NCBI RefSeq assembly: GCF_030684315.1
Contig: NC_081356.1
Span: 64,092,835-64,156,834, forward strand
DNA from: Stegostoma tigrinum
Taxonomy: Eukaryota
DNA length: 64,000 nt
Direction: 5' to 3'
The translations under genes were made by a program, and so were the position numbers. Positions 13,115-25,974 of the stretch are shown here, in pieces (position 1 is the stretch's first letter; the number at the start of each line of letters is the position of its first letter). Below the pieces are notes generated by a model. That model saw only the letters and a list, made by a program, of their open reading frames with translations. It made no database searches and was not told the DNA's origin.

Positions 13115-13950
13115 CTCTCGTTTTCTTCTGATAAAGACAAACATACCAATTGTTTGCTGCTTCTACATATTAACTTAATGACTTAAGCACAAGGACACCC
13201 AAATTCATTTGGACATGAACTCTTTCCAATCTCTCACCATTTAAGAAATGCTATACATTTTGAGTTTTCTGACCAAAATGGGTAGCTTCACATTTTTCTC
13301 CTTGCCATATGCTTACGCATTCACCTAGCCTATCTAAGTCCATTTGCTGCCTCTTCATATCCACCTGTCTATTTGCATTGTCACCCAGTTTTGTGTGATC
13401 ACAAACTTGGAAATGTTATATTTGGTTTCCATATCCAAATTATGGATATGAATTATGAATAACCCTGAGGCTGAAGCAATTGCACTAGTCACACTGCCAA
13501 GCTGAGAATAACCTGTTTCTCACTACTGTCTGCATTTCTGTCTGTTAATTGTCAATTCATTCCAGTATTCTGTTTGCTGTAATTGTATTTATTATCCTTC
13601 TGTGTGGGATTGTATTGAAAGCTTTCTAAAAACCCAAAAACACCACGTTCGCTGGTTTTGCCTTAGCTGTTTTGAGAGTTATATCCTGAAAAATTGCTGA
13701 CAGATTAATCAGCATGGGGTTTCCCTTTCATAAATCCATGTTAACTCTGCCCAGTCCTATCATTATTTTCTATATGTCAGTTACCACATAATTTGAAATA
13801 GGTTTGAGTGTTCCCTATGTATGCGGTGGGCTTATTTTCGTGAATGTGCTATTACTCTCTCTGTATGAATATCTGAGGTTCCCTGTTTCCTCTCTCCCTC
13901 CCTTTAAATACTGGACTTACATATGCTACCTTCCAATCAGCAGCAACGGT
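13115..13950 (-). mobile_element. Old CR1 LINE interrupted by younger insertions
   Basis: Degenerate similarity to the CR1 RT; appears to continue at 11570-11670, 14180-14450 and 16135-16330. Confidence 0.6.
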
Positions 13951-13977
13951 TTCAGAAAACACATGATTGTGGAATCG

Positions 13978-14176
13978 GATAGTAGGAACTGCAAATGCTG
14001 GAGAATCTGAGATAACAAGGCGTAGAGCTGGATGAACACCCTAGGCCAAGCAGCATCAGAGGAGTAGGAAAGCTGACATTTCGGGCCTGGACCCTTGTTC
14101 AGAATGGGCCTTCTTTGTGAAGAAGGGTCTAGGCCCGAAATGTCAGCCTTCCTACTCCTCTGATGCTGCTTGGCCC
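13978..14176. mobile_element. PLE-derived hairpin mini-element
   Basis: Inverted copies of the Neptune 3' end with the apex just upstream of the hammerhead-like core (gtgaagaagggtctaggcccgaaatgtc). Confidence 0.85.
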
Positions 14177-14449
14177 GATTGTAAAGGATTGGTAGTCTTA
14201 TTCCACAATCTTCTGGAAAATGGGTTTTTGGGTCCAGGGAACTTATCACAGTTTAGCCCTGTTTAATTTCCCCAGTAATGCTTTTACTTACTGATTTTCA
14301 GTCCCTCATTCCTATTAGGTTCTTGACTCTGGTATTCATGGGAAAGGTCCTTGTATCCTACTTCATGATGGCAGTCAGGCCTGTTCCTCAGTATAAGCTG
14401 CCTTGTTTCTGTCTGTAATGCACTTGCTTTTTCTTAAATAACTTTATCT

Positions 14450-16133
14450 AGAAAAGCTAAAAGGTCTAAAAATTGATAAATCTCCTGGCCCCGATGGGCT
14501 ACTACCTAGAGTTCTGAGGGAGGTGGCTGAGGAAATAGCGGAGGCTTTGGCTGTGATCTTCCAAAAGTCACTGGAGTCTGGGAAAGTCCCAGATGTTTGG
14601 AAAATTGCTGTTGTAACCCCCTTGTTTAAGAAAAGATCAAGGCAAAAGATGGAAAATTATAGGCCAATTAGCCTAACCTCGGTTGTTGGTAAAATTCTAG
14701 AATCCATTGTTAAGGACGAGATTTCTAAATTCCTGGAAGTGCAGTGTCAGATCAAAACAAGTCATCATGGGGTGGGGGGGGGTGCTGCTGCTGAGCAAGA
14801 TGAGGGCTCATGGTGTTCGAGGTGAGCTACTGGCTTCGATTGAGGATTGGCTGCCTGACAGAAGGCAGAGAGTTGGGATAAAAGGCTCTTTTTCAGAATG
14901 GTGACGAGTGGTGTCCTGCAGGGTTCAGTGTTGGGGCTGCTGCTGTTCACCTTTTTTATTAATGATCTGGATGAAGGGACTGGGGGCATTCTGGCGAAGT
15001 TTGCCGATGATACGAAGATAGGTGGACAGGCAGGTACTACTGAGGAGGTGGGAAGGCTGCAGAAAGATTTAGACAGTTTAGGAGAGTGGTCCAGGAAATG
15101 GCTGATGAAATTCAACGTGAGCAAATGCAAGGTTTTGCACTTTGGAAAAAAGAATACAGGCATGGACTATTTTCTACATGGTGAGAAAATTCATAAAGCA
15201 GAAGTGCAAAGGGATCCGGGAGTGTTGGTCCCGAATCTCTAAAAGTTAACTTGCAGGTAGAGTCCATGATTAAGAAAGCGAATATAATGTTGTTGTTTAA
15301 CTCGAGGGTTGGAACATAAAAGCAGTGATGTGCTTCTGAGACTTTATAAAGCTCTAGTTAGGCCCCATTTAGAATACTGTGAGATAATGGGAACTGCAGA
15401 TGCTGGAGAATTCCAAGATAATAAAATGTGAGGCTGGATGAACACAGCAGGCCAAGCAGCATCTCAGGAGCACAAAAGCTGACATTTTGGGCCTAGACCC
15501 TTGGGTCCGAAACGTCAGCTTTTGTGCTTCTGAGATGCTGCTTGGCCTGCTGTGTTCATCCAGCCTCACATTTTATTATTTAGAATACTGTGTCCTGTTT
15601 TGGGCCCTACATCTCAGGAAGGACATACTGGCCCTGGGGCGTGTCCAGCGGTGATTCACACGGATGATTCCTGGAGTGGTTGGTTTAACGTACGATGAAT
15701 GGCTAAGGATCCTGGGATTGTACTCATTAGAGTTTTTGGAAGGTTGAGGGGAGATCTAATAGAAACTTACAAGATAATGTATGGCTTAGAAAGTGTGGAT
15801 GTTGGGAAGTTGTTTCCGTTAGGTGGGAAGACTAGGACCCATGGGCACAGCCTTGCAATTAGAGGAGGTAAATTTAAAATGGAAATGAGGTGACATTTCT
15901 TCAGCCAGAGAGTGGTGGGCTTGTGGAATCCATTGCCATAGAGTGCAGTAGAGGCCGGGACGTTAGAAGCCTTTAAGGCAAAGATTGATAAATTCTTGAT
16001 CCCATAAGGAATCAAGGGCTATGGGGAGAGTGCAGGGAAGTGGAGTTGAAATGCCCATCAGCCATGATCTAAATGGCGGAGTGGACACGATGGGCCGAAT
16101 GGCCTTACTTCCACTCCTATGTTTTATGGTCTT
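14450..16133 (+). mobile_element. 5'-truncated CR1 LINE
   Basis: [47 protein letters not shown] and a CR1 3' tail. Confidence 0.95.
15382..15577. mobile_element. PLE-derived hairpin mini-element inserted in CR1
   Basis: About 80-bp inverted arms; 15-bp TSD atttagaatactgtg at 15367-15381 and 15578-15592. Confidence 0.92.
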
Positions 16134-16679
16134 ATCTGCTATAGATACCTATAGAACCTTTTACAGTCTTGCAACTCTTGTATCTGTTAATTGGTTTAAT
16201 AGAATGACTAAGTATAGGTTTTAATCAAATAATCCAGTGTCCTCAATAGTCCTTTGTTTACCATACCAGAATTCTTCAAAGAAGGCTGCCTTATGCATTC
16301 TTTGAAGAAAACTTGCTTAAGTCCTAATGTACATTTGATACTGATCTTCAAATGATTCATCAATGTGCAGAAATTCCATTGGAATTAATCACTTTTTCTG
16401 CATAAGCAGATTTATTGGGTTAGTTTTGGGGTAAAAATTGTCAATAATTGATAACACAATTACCACTTTTTCCTCAGGGCTGTCGGTGTATGAACTCTTG
16501 CATGTGGCTCATGGATTACCTGATACAAAGCTGCAGCTATTGGTTTTGTTTGTAGGTTATCAGTGAAGCGTTATGCTTCTGTTTTGCAGTCTATCAGTGA
16601 ACTGTTATGTTTTTCCTGTGAAGAGGACAAATATGAACATAAATAAGAGCAGAAGCAGGCCTCGCTGCCTTTTGAAGTT

Positions 16680-16938
16680 GTGGAAACAGGCCCTTCGGCC
16701 CAACAAGTCCACAGTGACCCTCAGAGCATCCCACCTAATCTACACATCCCTATACACTACAGGCAATTTAGCATGGCCAATCCACCTACCCTGCACATCT
16801 TTAGACTGTGGGTGGAAACCCATGCAGATATGGGGAGAATGTGCAAACTCCACACAGACAGTCGCTCGAGGGTAGAATCGAACCCTGGTCCCTGGCGCTG
16901 AGAGGCAGTGGTGTTAACCACTGAGCCACAGTGATGCC
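16680..16938 (-). mobile_element. HE1-like V-SINE
   Basis: Reverse match to the HE1 head and tail, with an internal deletion. Confidence 0.85.
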
Positions 16939-17019
16939 CTTGTTCTTCTCACTATAACGACGGTTGAATTTTTGTATCATCACCATTTTTCTGCTGTATT
17001 CCCACATCCCTGGATTTCT

Positions 17020-17430
17020 ATGGCATCAAAAAAAATCGATTGATCTCGGCCTTTAATATGTTCACCAACTGAACATTCACAGGTTTGTAAGAGGTGGAAT
17101 TTGAAGCCCTCAAGCTTTTGTCAGAAAGTTTCCCCTCATCCTGGTCGGAAATGGTGAACCCCATGAACCAAATTCTGTGACCCTGATTTATGGACACTGC
17201 TGGCAGGAGCAATGTTCACTCAGCATGTCACTAACAAGCTCAATGTTTCACTGCAGTCATTCTTCATTCTTCTAAATTCCAGAAAGAATAGGACTATTTT
17301 CCTCAATCACATCTAATCCGACAACACTTCCACTTTGGAAATCAATCTTAATTGCCCGAAAAGGGAAGAAACTATGTCATTTCTTAGTTAGGAGACCAAA
17401 CCTCTGCAGAGCATTTCAGGAATGGTCTCA
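17020..17430 (-). mobile_element. Old CR1 3' fragment
   Basis: Degenerate KAEINRFL-type CR1 C-terminal region. Confidence 0.5.
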
Positions 17431-17732
17431 ACAAAACCGAGGTGTCCGTAGTCAAGAGTCTGCATCGAGATACAGATGCATGATGGCTATTGGATACTTG
17501 TGTTTGCTCACCCCAACTGAGAGAGAGCTAAAAAGCAGGTATCCTACAGATAGGCTTTCCAATTTCTTTTTGGCAAGAAAGCCAGACCAGCAAGGATCAA
17601 CACCTTTGGTCACAAAGCCCTCTGGGTGTACAGTGTGCGGATGATTGCAGGGTTGCTTTCCACTCTACACCAAATTTGCATGACACTTTCAAACTCTCCA
17701 CTTCTGTACACAACCAGACTTTGTATTCCATG

Positions 17733-17919
17733 GATAATAAAATGTGAGGCTGGATGAACACAGCAGGCCAAGCAGCATCTCAGGAGCACAAAAGCTGACG
17801 TTTCGGGCCTAGACCCTTCGTCAGCTTTTGTGCTCCTGAGATGCTGCTTGGCCTGCTGTGTTCATCCAGCCTCACATTTTATTATCTTGGAATCTCCAGC
17901 ATCTGCAGTTCCCATTATC
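17733..17919. mobile_element. PLE-derived hairpin mini-element
   Basis: Near-perfect inverted arms of about 65 bp; flanked by ctttgtattccatggat at 17719-17735 and 17919-17935. Confidence 0.92.
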
Positions 17920-17932
17920 TTTGTATTCCATG

Positions 17933-19370
17933 GATGTGAGTTTGCTCACTGAGCTGGAAGGTTCGTTTTCAGACGTTTCGTCACCGTTCTAGGTAACATC
18001 ATCAGTGAGCCTCTGACAAAGCGCTGGTGTTATGTCCCGCTTTCTATTTATCTGGTTAGGTTTCCTTGGGCTGGTGATGTCATTTTCTGCGTTGGTGATG
18101 TCATTTCCTGTTCTTTTTCTCAGAGGGTGGTAGATTGATTTGGAACCAATGTGTTTGTTGATGGAGTTCCGGTTGGATTGCCATGCTTCTAGGAATTCTT
18201 GTGCGTGTCTCTGTTTGGCTTGTCCTAGGATGGATGTGTTGTCCCAATCAAAGTGGTGTCCTTCCATATCTGTATGTAAGGATACGAGTGATAGTGGGTC
18301 ATGTCGTTTTGTGGCTAGTTGATGTTCATGTATCCTGGTGGCTAGCTTTCTGCCAGTTTGTCCAATGTAGTGTTTGTCACAGTTCTTGCAAGGTATTTTG
18401 TAGATGACGTTCGTTTTATTTGTTGTCTGTATAGGGTCTTCTAAGTTCATTAGCTGCTGTTTTAGCGTGTTGGTGGGTTTGTGGGCTACCCTGATGCCAA
18501 GAGGTCGGAGTAGTCTGGCAGTCATTTCGGAAATGTCTTTGATATAGGGGAGAGTGGTTATGGTTTCTGGGCCCGTTTTGTCTGTTTGTTTGGGTTTACT
18601 GCTGAGGAATCGGCAGACTGTGTTCATAGGGTACCTGTTCTTTTTGAATATGCTGTACAGGTGATTTTCCTCTGCTCTGCGTAGTTCCTCTGCTGCAGTG
18701 TGTGGTGGCTCGTTGGAATAATGTTCTAATGCAGCTTCGTTTGTGGGTGTTGGGTTGATTGCTCCTGTAGTTCAGTATTTGGTCCATATGTGTTGTTTTT
18801 CTGTAGACGCTGGTTTGAAGTCCCCCATTGGCTGTTCGCTCCACTGTGGCATCTAGGAATGGCAGTTTGTTGTTGTTTTCTTCCTCTTTTGTGAATGAGA
18901 ATGAATGGACAAACTGGCAGAAAGCTAGCCACCAGGATACATGAACATCAACTAGCCACAAAACGACATGATCCACTATCACTCGTATCCTTACATACAG
19001 ATATGGAAGGACACCACTTTGATTGGGACAACACATCCATCCTAGGACAAGCCAAACAGAGACACGCACAAGAATTCCTAGAAGCATGGCATTCCAACCG
19101 GAACGCCATCAACAAACACATTGATTTGGAACCAATCTAACATCCCCTGAGAAAAAGAACAGGAAATGACATCAACGCAGGAAATGACATCACCAACCTA
19201 AGGAAACCTAACCAGATAAACAGAAAGCAGGACATAACACCAGCGCTTCGTCGGAGGCTCACTGATGTTACCTAGAATGGTGACGAAACGTCTGAAAACG
19301 AACCTTCCAGCTCAGTGAGCAAACTCACATCCAGAACTTCAACCTGAACTACAAATCTTCTCAAAACTCG
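17933..19370. mobile_element. Penelope/Poseidon-type PLE with inverted structure (minus arm about 17933-18896, plus arm about 18906-19370)
   Basis: LPFLD, VYRKTTH, TLPYIKDISE, IYKIPC, YIGQTGRKLATRIHEH (GIY-YIG); the 3' ends of the two arms are inverted repeats. Confidence 0.93.
17969..18008 (-). ncRNA. Minimal type I hammerhead ribozyme motif (Poseidon-type PLE)
   Basis: tca-CUGAUGA-u-GUUACC(uagaac)GGUGAC-GAAAC-GUC-uga: conserved core, 6-bp stem II, 3-bp stem I. Confidence 0.8.
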
Positions 19371-19383
19371 TTTGTATTCCATG

Positions 19384-19446
19384 ATAACAAAGTATGGAGC
19401 TGGATGAACACGGCAGGCCATGCAACATCTAAGGAGCACAAAAGCT
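19384..19446 (-). mobile_element. Tiny Neptune 3'-end fragment
   Basis: gataacaaagtatggagctggatgaacac...ggagcacaaaagct between two copies of ttgtattccatg. Confidence 0.8.
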
Positions 19447-20879
19447 TGTACTTGTATTCCATGATATTGTGCAAACAGAACTGTTGTCAACAAAACCTGA
19501 TCAGTAAATAGTCCATCTCTCATTTTCCAAAACCGATAGATGTTGAAACAACAACTCAAAACAAAACTGTTGTAAAATCAACTACATTGCATTGATACTC
19601 TGTCCTGACGGCCAAAGAGCATCTTCCTTACCAGCGCCTGCTTTTTCTCCATTCCCAAATGGCTGAAGATCCAACCGAGAACAAAGGAAATGCTACAAAG
19701 TCTGATGCCTTTCTTGAAGTACTGTAGCACTGATGTTAATTACTAGGAGTGGCTTGCTAATGACTGTTCAAAATGGGGACAACTTGTTCATCAAGTTGTA
19801 TTGTGCTTAGAGTCTGAATATCTCAATGTTGAAGCAGAGAAGGAAAGCAAAGAAAGTGAACTCCATGTTCTGGATCTCACTGTCTTGTGGGACATCCTGT
19901 CCCATGTGCCTGTATATCTGTGGGGTGAGAATTGGCCTGTTCAGTGCATGAGGACCACAGTAGAAAATCCCTGATGTAAAATTTAATTGTGAAACCTGCA
20001 TTCAGGCCCAATCTAAAGGTTTGATAATACTCATTAGTTTTGAGGCCTATTCAAATATCCTTGCTCAAGTTCCAAAGTATGAATTACATTTATCAAAAAC
20101 ATTGATATTTCAAACAACAGACTCCACCACATTACAATAAAATACTGGCTGTCAACTTCCAGCTCCTTCATATATTGTGTTGATTTAACATTGTTCCTTT
20201 GTATTCTGTCTTTCTGAAGACTGTACAACTGTGACTGGTATTAACCCTCGCTGGCCACTGTCTGCTGTGCATGATCAGAAGCACCCTGAACACTAGTTGG
20301 CTTGTTAATGCATTTACAGTGAATGAATGATCATTAGTCAGTCTCATTTTGGTTAAAGAGTATGTTTCCATTTTTTTCATGATTGGTTTCTTTAAAAGTA
20401 ATAGAAAATTATGCCACGAAGAATACTGTCATTGGTTTCCCAAGATGTCCATTTTTCATGATGTCAAAATTATAATTTATTTTTGTAACTTCTCACTAAG
20501 TTAATAGGACATTTTACAATATCATCAGGATGGGAGGATATATTTGGTGATGCTCTTATGATATGTACTCCAAGATCATCATTTTCAGGTTGACTTGATT
20601 GGTGAGAGGATCTTATTAAATTGAACAGCTTATCAGTGGCCTTTCATTTTTATGAGGCCATCTGCTGGGGAGTATGTTTTTGAGTTGGTATTGGTAGTAG
20701 AAATAGTTACTTTGTTCCCAATAAATGGTAAGGTTGCAGACAACCTTAAAACAATCCTGAAGAAAAGACACGTTCTGTCAAAGCTTGTCATCTTGCATTC
20801 ATCAGGACAGTTCTTGAGAACCAGTGCAATGGGGAAAACCAGCACTTTGACAACATGAGAGGCATGTCAAGGCATTATT

Positions 20880-21617
20880 CTGAGAAATGAGCAGCAAATG
20901 GCTGTCATTTTTTTTGAGCTGAAACAGAATCTGTGCATGTACTACTGACTTCAAAGAACAAGAATTACATTCATGGAAGAATTTAGAAACAGCATTCCTG
21001 CAGTCTATAAAAACTTGTCAAAATGAACATCAAGTATTCAGGATCAGAGAAGCAGAAGTTCTGACAAATGCTGCTGATATATCACCAGACAGTTACAGGT
21101 GTGGAAATAGTCATGTAGAAATCCACATGGAAACTGAAGGGATAGAACATCCACACGTGCATGATGTAATAATTTGAGTAGAGGTAGAAGGACACCAAAA
21201 TAATAATGGAGAAAGGATGGAACTAAAAAGTGATATAAAGAAGATAACATGCTTTCATTATAACAAGACTGGACTTATCAAAGACAATTGCTGGAATTTA
21301 ATTAGTAGACCAATTACAGTCGAGGGATCTGAGGAACCTTCTGTAACGGAGTGTTTTTTAGGATTAATAGGATTATATTCTGCCGTGCATTTCAAAATCT
21401 TTAAATGTGTGTTCTGTGTAAATAGCTTTATTTATTCTATTTGATCTTCATTTCTTTACTGGAATAAGCTTCTGGTTTATTGTTAAAACCAAATCTGCAA
21501 CATGTTGTGCTTGCGGTTCAGCTAGAGACTGTTAAAACTAATAATTATGGTCTATCAAGCCAATTTGCGTCTGGAATCAGTTTTATCTAGTAATAACATC
21601 AAGTGGGTTCACGTAAT
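20880..21617 (+). mobile_element. Possible decayed solo LTR
   Basis: Composition and end sequence (...ctagtaataacatcaagtgggttcacgtaa) resemble LTR ends; no paired LTR seen. Confidence 0.3.
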
Positions 21618-22949
21618 TGTCACACTGATGTTGAAGAACTGTTTGTATTTCAAGCATTTTATTCCTTCACCTTAGTATTCAAACCCAGCTCAATGTGATG
21701 GGATGCCAGTTACTTCTTGTGTTACTTGCATACAGAAATTTAGATTTTCCCTGAAACTTCAGTCTAGCACTATTCTGATAAAAGGAAGCTGGCCATGCAT
21801 TTGTGCCTACACAGCTGTAGTTGCACTCTCAATTTGGAAGAAACTGGTAGAACAAGATTGTTTCCGGTCATTATATATTTACTGAACCTGCATTCCAGTG
21901 AAAATCTGTCAAAAAACAATTAGGTTAGTGTAATCACAAAATTAAGGCACTGACAAAGATGGTACAACTGATCATGCCCACATCAGCTTTTCATCTGGTT
22001 CCATTTAGCTCATTTGTGAAATATTTGATGTTGCTTTTAAAGTATGTCTTAAATGATTGCAGCGTGAAAAGCATGCAATTTCCTTGTTTGTTCTTACAAT
22101 TACATCAAGTCTATAACCATATTGTTAGAAATTAAACATTGGAAGCATCCTTTCAGTATTTACTGTTCACATCCCCCCGTAACGTTCTCTTTCATGACAA
22201 AGTTGTTTGAATGTCTCTTCGTTCATTAAACACATCTCATTCTTGGAAGCATGTTCACGAGAATGATATTGGAAATGCAATACACCGATTTGCTTATAAC
22301 GTTCTCAGTTATGACCTAAAGAATGCATGTTCCCTTGCATGCATATTCATTACCCCATTTGTCAAACCCCAAGTGTCTGTATCACTTCTGCAAATCTGTG
22401 CGTGTCTAAACATGGATCTTCCTTTTTCTTCCAGTCTGTTAAGAATATTGGGTATGTATTGTACAATGAATCATGCAAGTTCAGTTCTAGGTAGCTAATA
22501 TTGAACTCTATTTACAATTCCCCAACAGAGAGGGTAAGGGGAGGGTAATATAGTTCTGATCATTGCATAATAGATGAGATCTTGCAATTTACTAATTTCT
22601 TTCCCAATTGATACATGTATTTTTTAAAAACATGTTACAATTAATATACAATGGTTCCCAGAATAAAATATGATGTAAAGAGCATCAGCAGTGCTGGAAA
22701 TTTAACAGGTTGGTTTGCATATTTATTTTTACTGTAACCTGAGCTAAAGCACATGACAAAACTTAGCAGAATAATTTACGTTTCAAAAAAAGTAGCCCGA
22801 ATATGTTTCACTCAAATATCATGTGACAAGAAATGCATACAATTAAATTGAGCAGGAGTGTGCCGATCTGCCCCGACCCTACCGTGCCTCTTGAAATGTA
22901 ACGGAAAAAATACTCTTGTATCCTGCCATCTCAATTCTTTCTCTTTGTA

Positions 22950-23800
22950 TCCTGTTGTCTCCTTCCATTTCTATTAGCTTGATACTGTTCTCTAAAATCC
23001 TCTAACTGTGTTAATGGTTGGGACTGTGGCAGAAATTGATTTGTCTTAATCAAAGACCCTGATTTACTTTACTCTACCATTTGGGATTCTGGGTTGCTGG
23101 CAAAATTTCAGTTTCCATTTGACTTTTATTCACTGACTTCCACTTTGGACTGCAGAAGGAATTTGAGTTCGACGTTTCTTCTCTCCGTTTGTCAGATTTC
23201 CTCTTTCAAACAAATAACTGATATTGACCTCTCTCTGGTTTTTTGCTGCAAATGTGAAAGCACCTCGACTGTTTAAACCAACAGCAATAACGCAATAACA
23301 CAATTCCTCTTTTCATCTCACCAGTTTTTGATCATGACCTTCTGACCAGAACTGAATGAGCAAAGTTTCACCCCTTGTGTATCATGACTCATTTTCACTT
23401 TGACTTCCATTTTTCTTACTTTATTATTAACATCGTGCCTAAGTCAACAAAATATTATCCCATGAGTGTGTTGAAGAACTAACTCATAAGTTGAGTGAAC
23501 TGTCGTAGACTGGGGTTATTCTATAAGCGAACAGAAAATTGTCCAAGAGAAACTAATTTATATCTAGCAAATGCTTCTGCACAATCTGTACGCTTTCTTT
23601 CTGCATTGTCTTTCAATGTTGGGTGCTTTGGTGTATATCAACACATTTTAATCCATTCTTGCTCAATTATTTCAACCTCTCCTCACATAGGCACGGACCA
23701 TTTTCGGACATCAGCATCTCTGGCAACTCATAAATTGCAAACCAACTTATCAAAACCTAAATAGATTTGATATTTCTTTGTTTTTGCCATGGATTCAACA
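22950..23800 (-). mobile_element. Decayed Gypsy-like LTR retrotransposon integrase remnant
   Basis: Minus strand reads FAIYELPEMLMSENGPC...KNG..., resembling the integrase motif FAxxGLPxxxxSDNGPxF; many stops. Confidence 0.55.
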
Positions 23801-24214
23801 TTTCTACAGCTATTGCCCAAAGCAAGGTATTCTTTGTCTTTCATGTTATTGGTGACGTATTTATTTTCATTATCATTGGTGCCTTTGCTGTTTGCGACAG
23901 TTGACTGGATACTTGTTCTGGGGTCATGATGAACAATTTAGTACTGTGGTTTGCTTCAAGGTGGTGAAACAGGTCTAGTACTTCAGACTGGAATGAGTAA
24001 AATTAGATCTGCTATCATTTCTTTCCCATTTGGTGCAGTGTTGAGTGACTTGATGAATAGTCTGCTATATCACAGTCACCAGATTATTTATGTTTTAGAG
24101 TGCTGTGCATCAGTGTGGAATATAGATGAGTTGATAGCCTTGAGGGATAGTTGTGCAAATAGCTCTATAAATGGTCCTCAAAATCAATGTGTGTTTCACA
24201 CAGATTATAAAATG

Positions 24215-25095
24215 GAGATATTCACTAATGCTCACACATTGTTCAGTATCATTTGCAGCAACTCAGATACAGAAGCAATCTGTGTTCAAATGCAACAAGC
24301 TCTGGACATTATCCAGGCTGGGGCTGACAAGTGGCAATTAACATCTGTGCCACACAAATGCCAAGCTATGACCGTCACCAATAAGAGACAATATAACCAC
24401 TGCCCATTGACATTTAATGTTGTTACCATCACTGAATCCCTTACTGTTAACATCTGTAGGTGTTACCATTGACCAGACACTCAGTTGAACTCACCGTATA
24501 AACACACTGGCTACAAGAGCAAGTCAAAAACTAAGAATATTGCAACAAGTAACTCCCTTCCTTACCCCCCCAAAATCTGTCTGCCATCTACAAGGCTCAA
24601 GCCAAGAGTGTAATAGTCTACTCTCCACTTAGCTGGTTGCAGCTCTGATAATGCTCAAGAAGCTTGACCCCATCCAAGGCAAAGCAGCCTGTTTGATAGG
24701 CAGTAAATCGACAAGCATCCACTCCCTTCAACGCTGATGCTCAGTAGCAGTAGTGTGTACTATCTACAAGATGTACTGCAGAAATTTACGCAAGATCTTC
24801 ATACAGCACCTTCTAAACCTATGACCATTGCCATCTAGAAGGACAAGGGCAGCAGATACACGGGAGCACCACCGCCTTCAAGTTTCCCTCCAAGCCACTC
24901 ACCATCCTGACTTGGAAATGTTTTGCTGTTCCTTTAGTGTTGCTGGGTTGAAATCCTGGAATTCCTGCTCTATTGCTATTGTGGGTCAACCCATGACAGG
25001 TGGACTTAAGCACCTCACCACTACCACCTCAAGGACAACTAGGATGGTCAATAAATGGTGACCAGCCAGCGATGTCGACATCCCACAAATGAGTT
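24215..25095 (+). mobile_element. Old LINE (CR1/L2 group) RT C-terminus and 3' UTR
   Basis: MQQALDIIQAGADKWQLTSVPHKCQAM; tail aggatggtcaataaatggtgaccagccagcgatgtcgacatccca. Confidence 0.8.
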
Positions 25096-25974
25096 TTAAT
25101 GAAGACATAGTTCTTATTATGTAGTTTGAGGTTTGGCTGTACTTTGGCCCAGTTTGCTTCATGGAAGTTCGATCAAGACTTTACGGTATTGATGACTAAA
25201 AGCAAAGGCCAGTGTGAAGCAACAATGGCTGCATTGTTTACCTAAGCAGTCATCCAGGACTAGGAACTGTACTGGTTAACAGTAATTATTAAGGGAGCTG
25301 AACTTCCATGGGGGTCAGGCGGTTTATTTTTGACCCCATCTGATTGAATACAAGAAAAGCAACAATGCAATAGTCCTGATCCCTTCAAGATTGCAACTGA
25401 AGAAATCATTTAAGGGGCCTGAAATGTGGCAAATGACGACATTTCACCAAACTGCCCCTATGCATGCACTTGACTGGCTCAGTTTTATGCAAGAATCACC
25501 AGTTCATAATCACTCATGACAATGCGGCATATGGCAGTAATCTGTATCATTAAAACCTAGAAAAGATTGCACATTATCAGTGCATTTTGGAGAGATTTTA
25601 CTCAGTACATAAAAGATCTTTGTGTGTGTTGTCCTGCAACGCAAACCTCCAGAAGCAGAGAACATCCTCAGTGTTAACCAAGCTAATTTCTGGCTGCTCA
25701 TGATTATGCTCGTGATCATGCAGTGGCAACTCATCACCAACATTAAGAATTGCTTCCAGAAGAATCTGAAGACTAGTATAATGCTACTGAACCAGGCACT
25801 ACTCCTAAAGTTGTCCAGAGTACATTCGGCCCAGGATGTTTAGATATTTGTAGCAGATCAAGCTACTCACCATCTTGACTTGAAAATGGATCACCGTTCT
25901 TTCACTTGTGGTCCAAATCCTGGAATTCCCTCTAAGGGCATTGTGGGTCTACCTATAGGACAAGGACTTCAGTT

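Noticed and set aside
16272-16309. 12-bp inverted repeat ttcttcaaagaa / ttctttgaagaa
   Set aside because: Lies in a decayed CR1; no other support
17719-19463. Four short direct repeats with spacers, superficially CRISPR-like
   Set aside because: Eukaryotic DNA, 12-bp repeats, spacers of 68-1439 bp that are PLE insertions; explained as TSDs
20168-20380. Faint Harbinger transposase-like words on the minus strand
   Set aside because: Similarity too weak to support a call
23951-24472. 173-aa ORF
   Set aside because: Its 3' half is old LINE RT and its 5' half is unrelated sequence; not a gene
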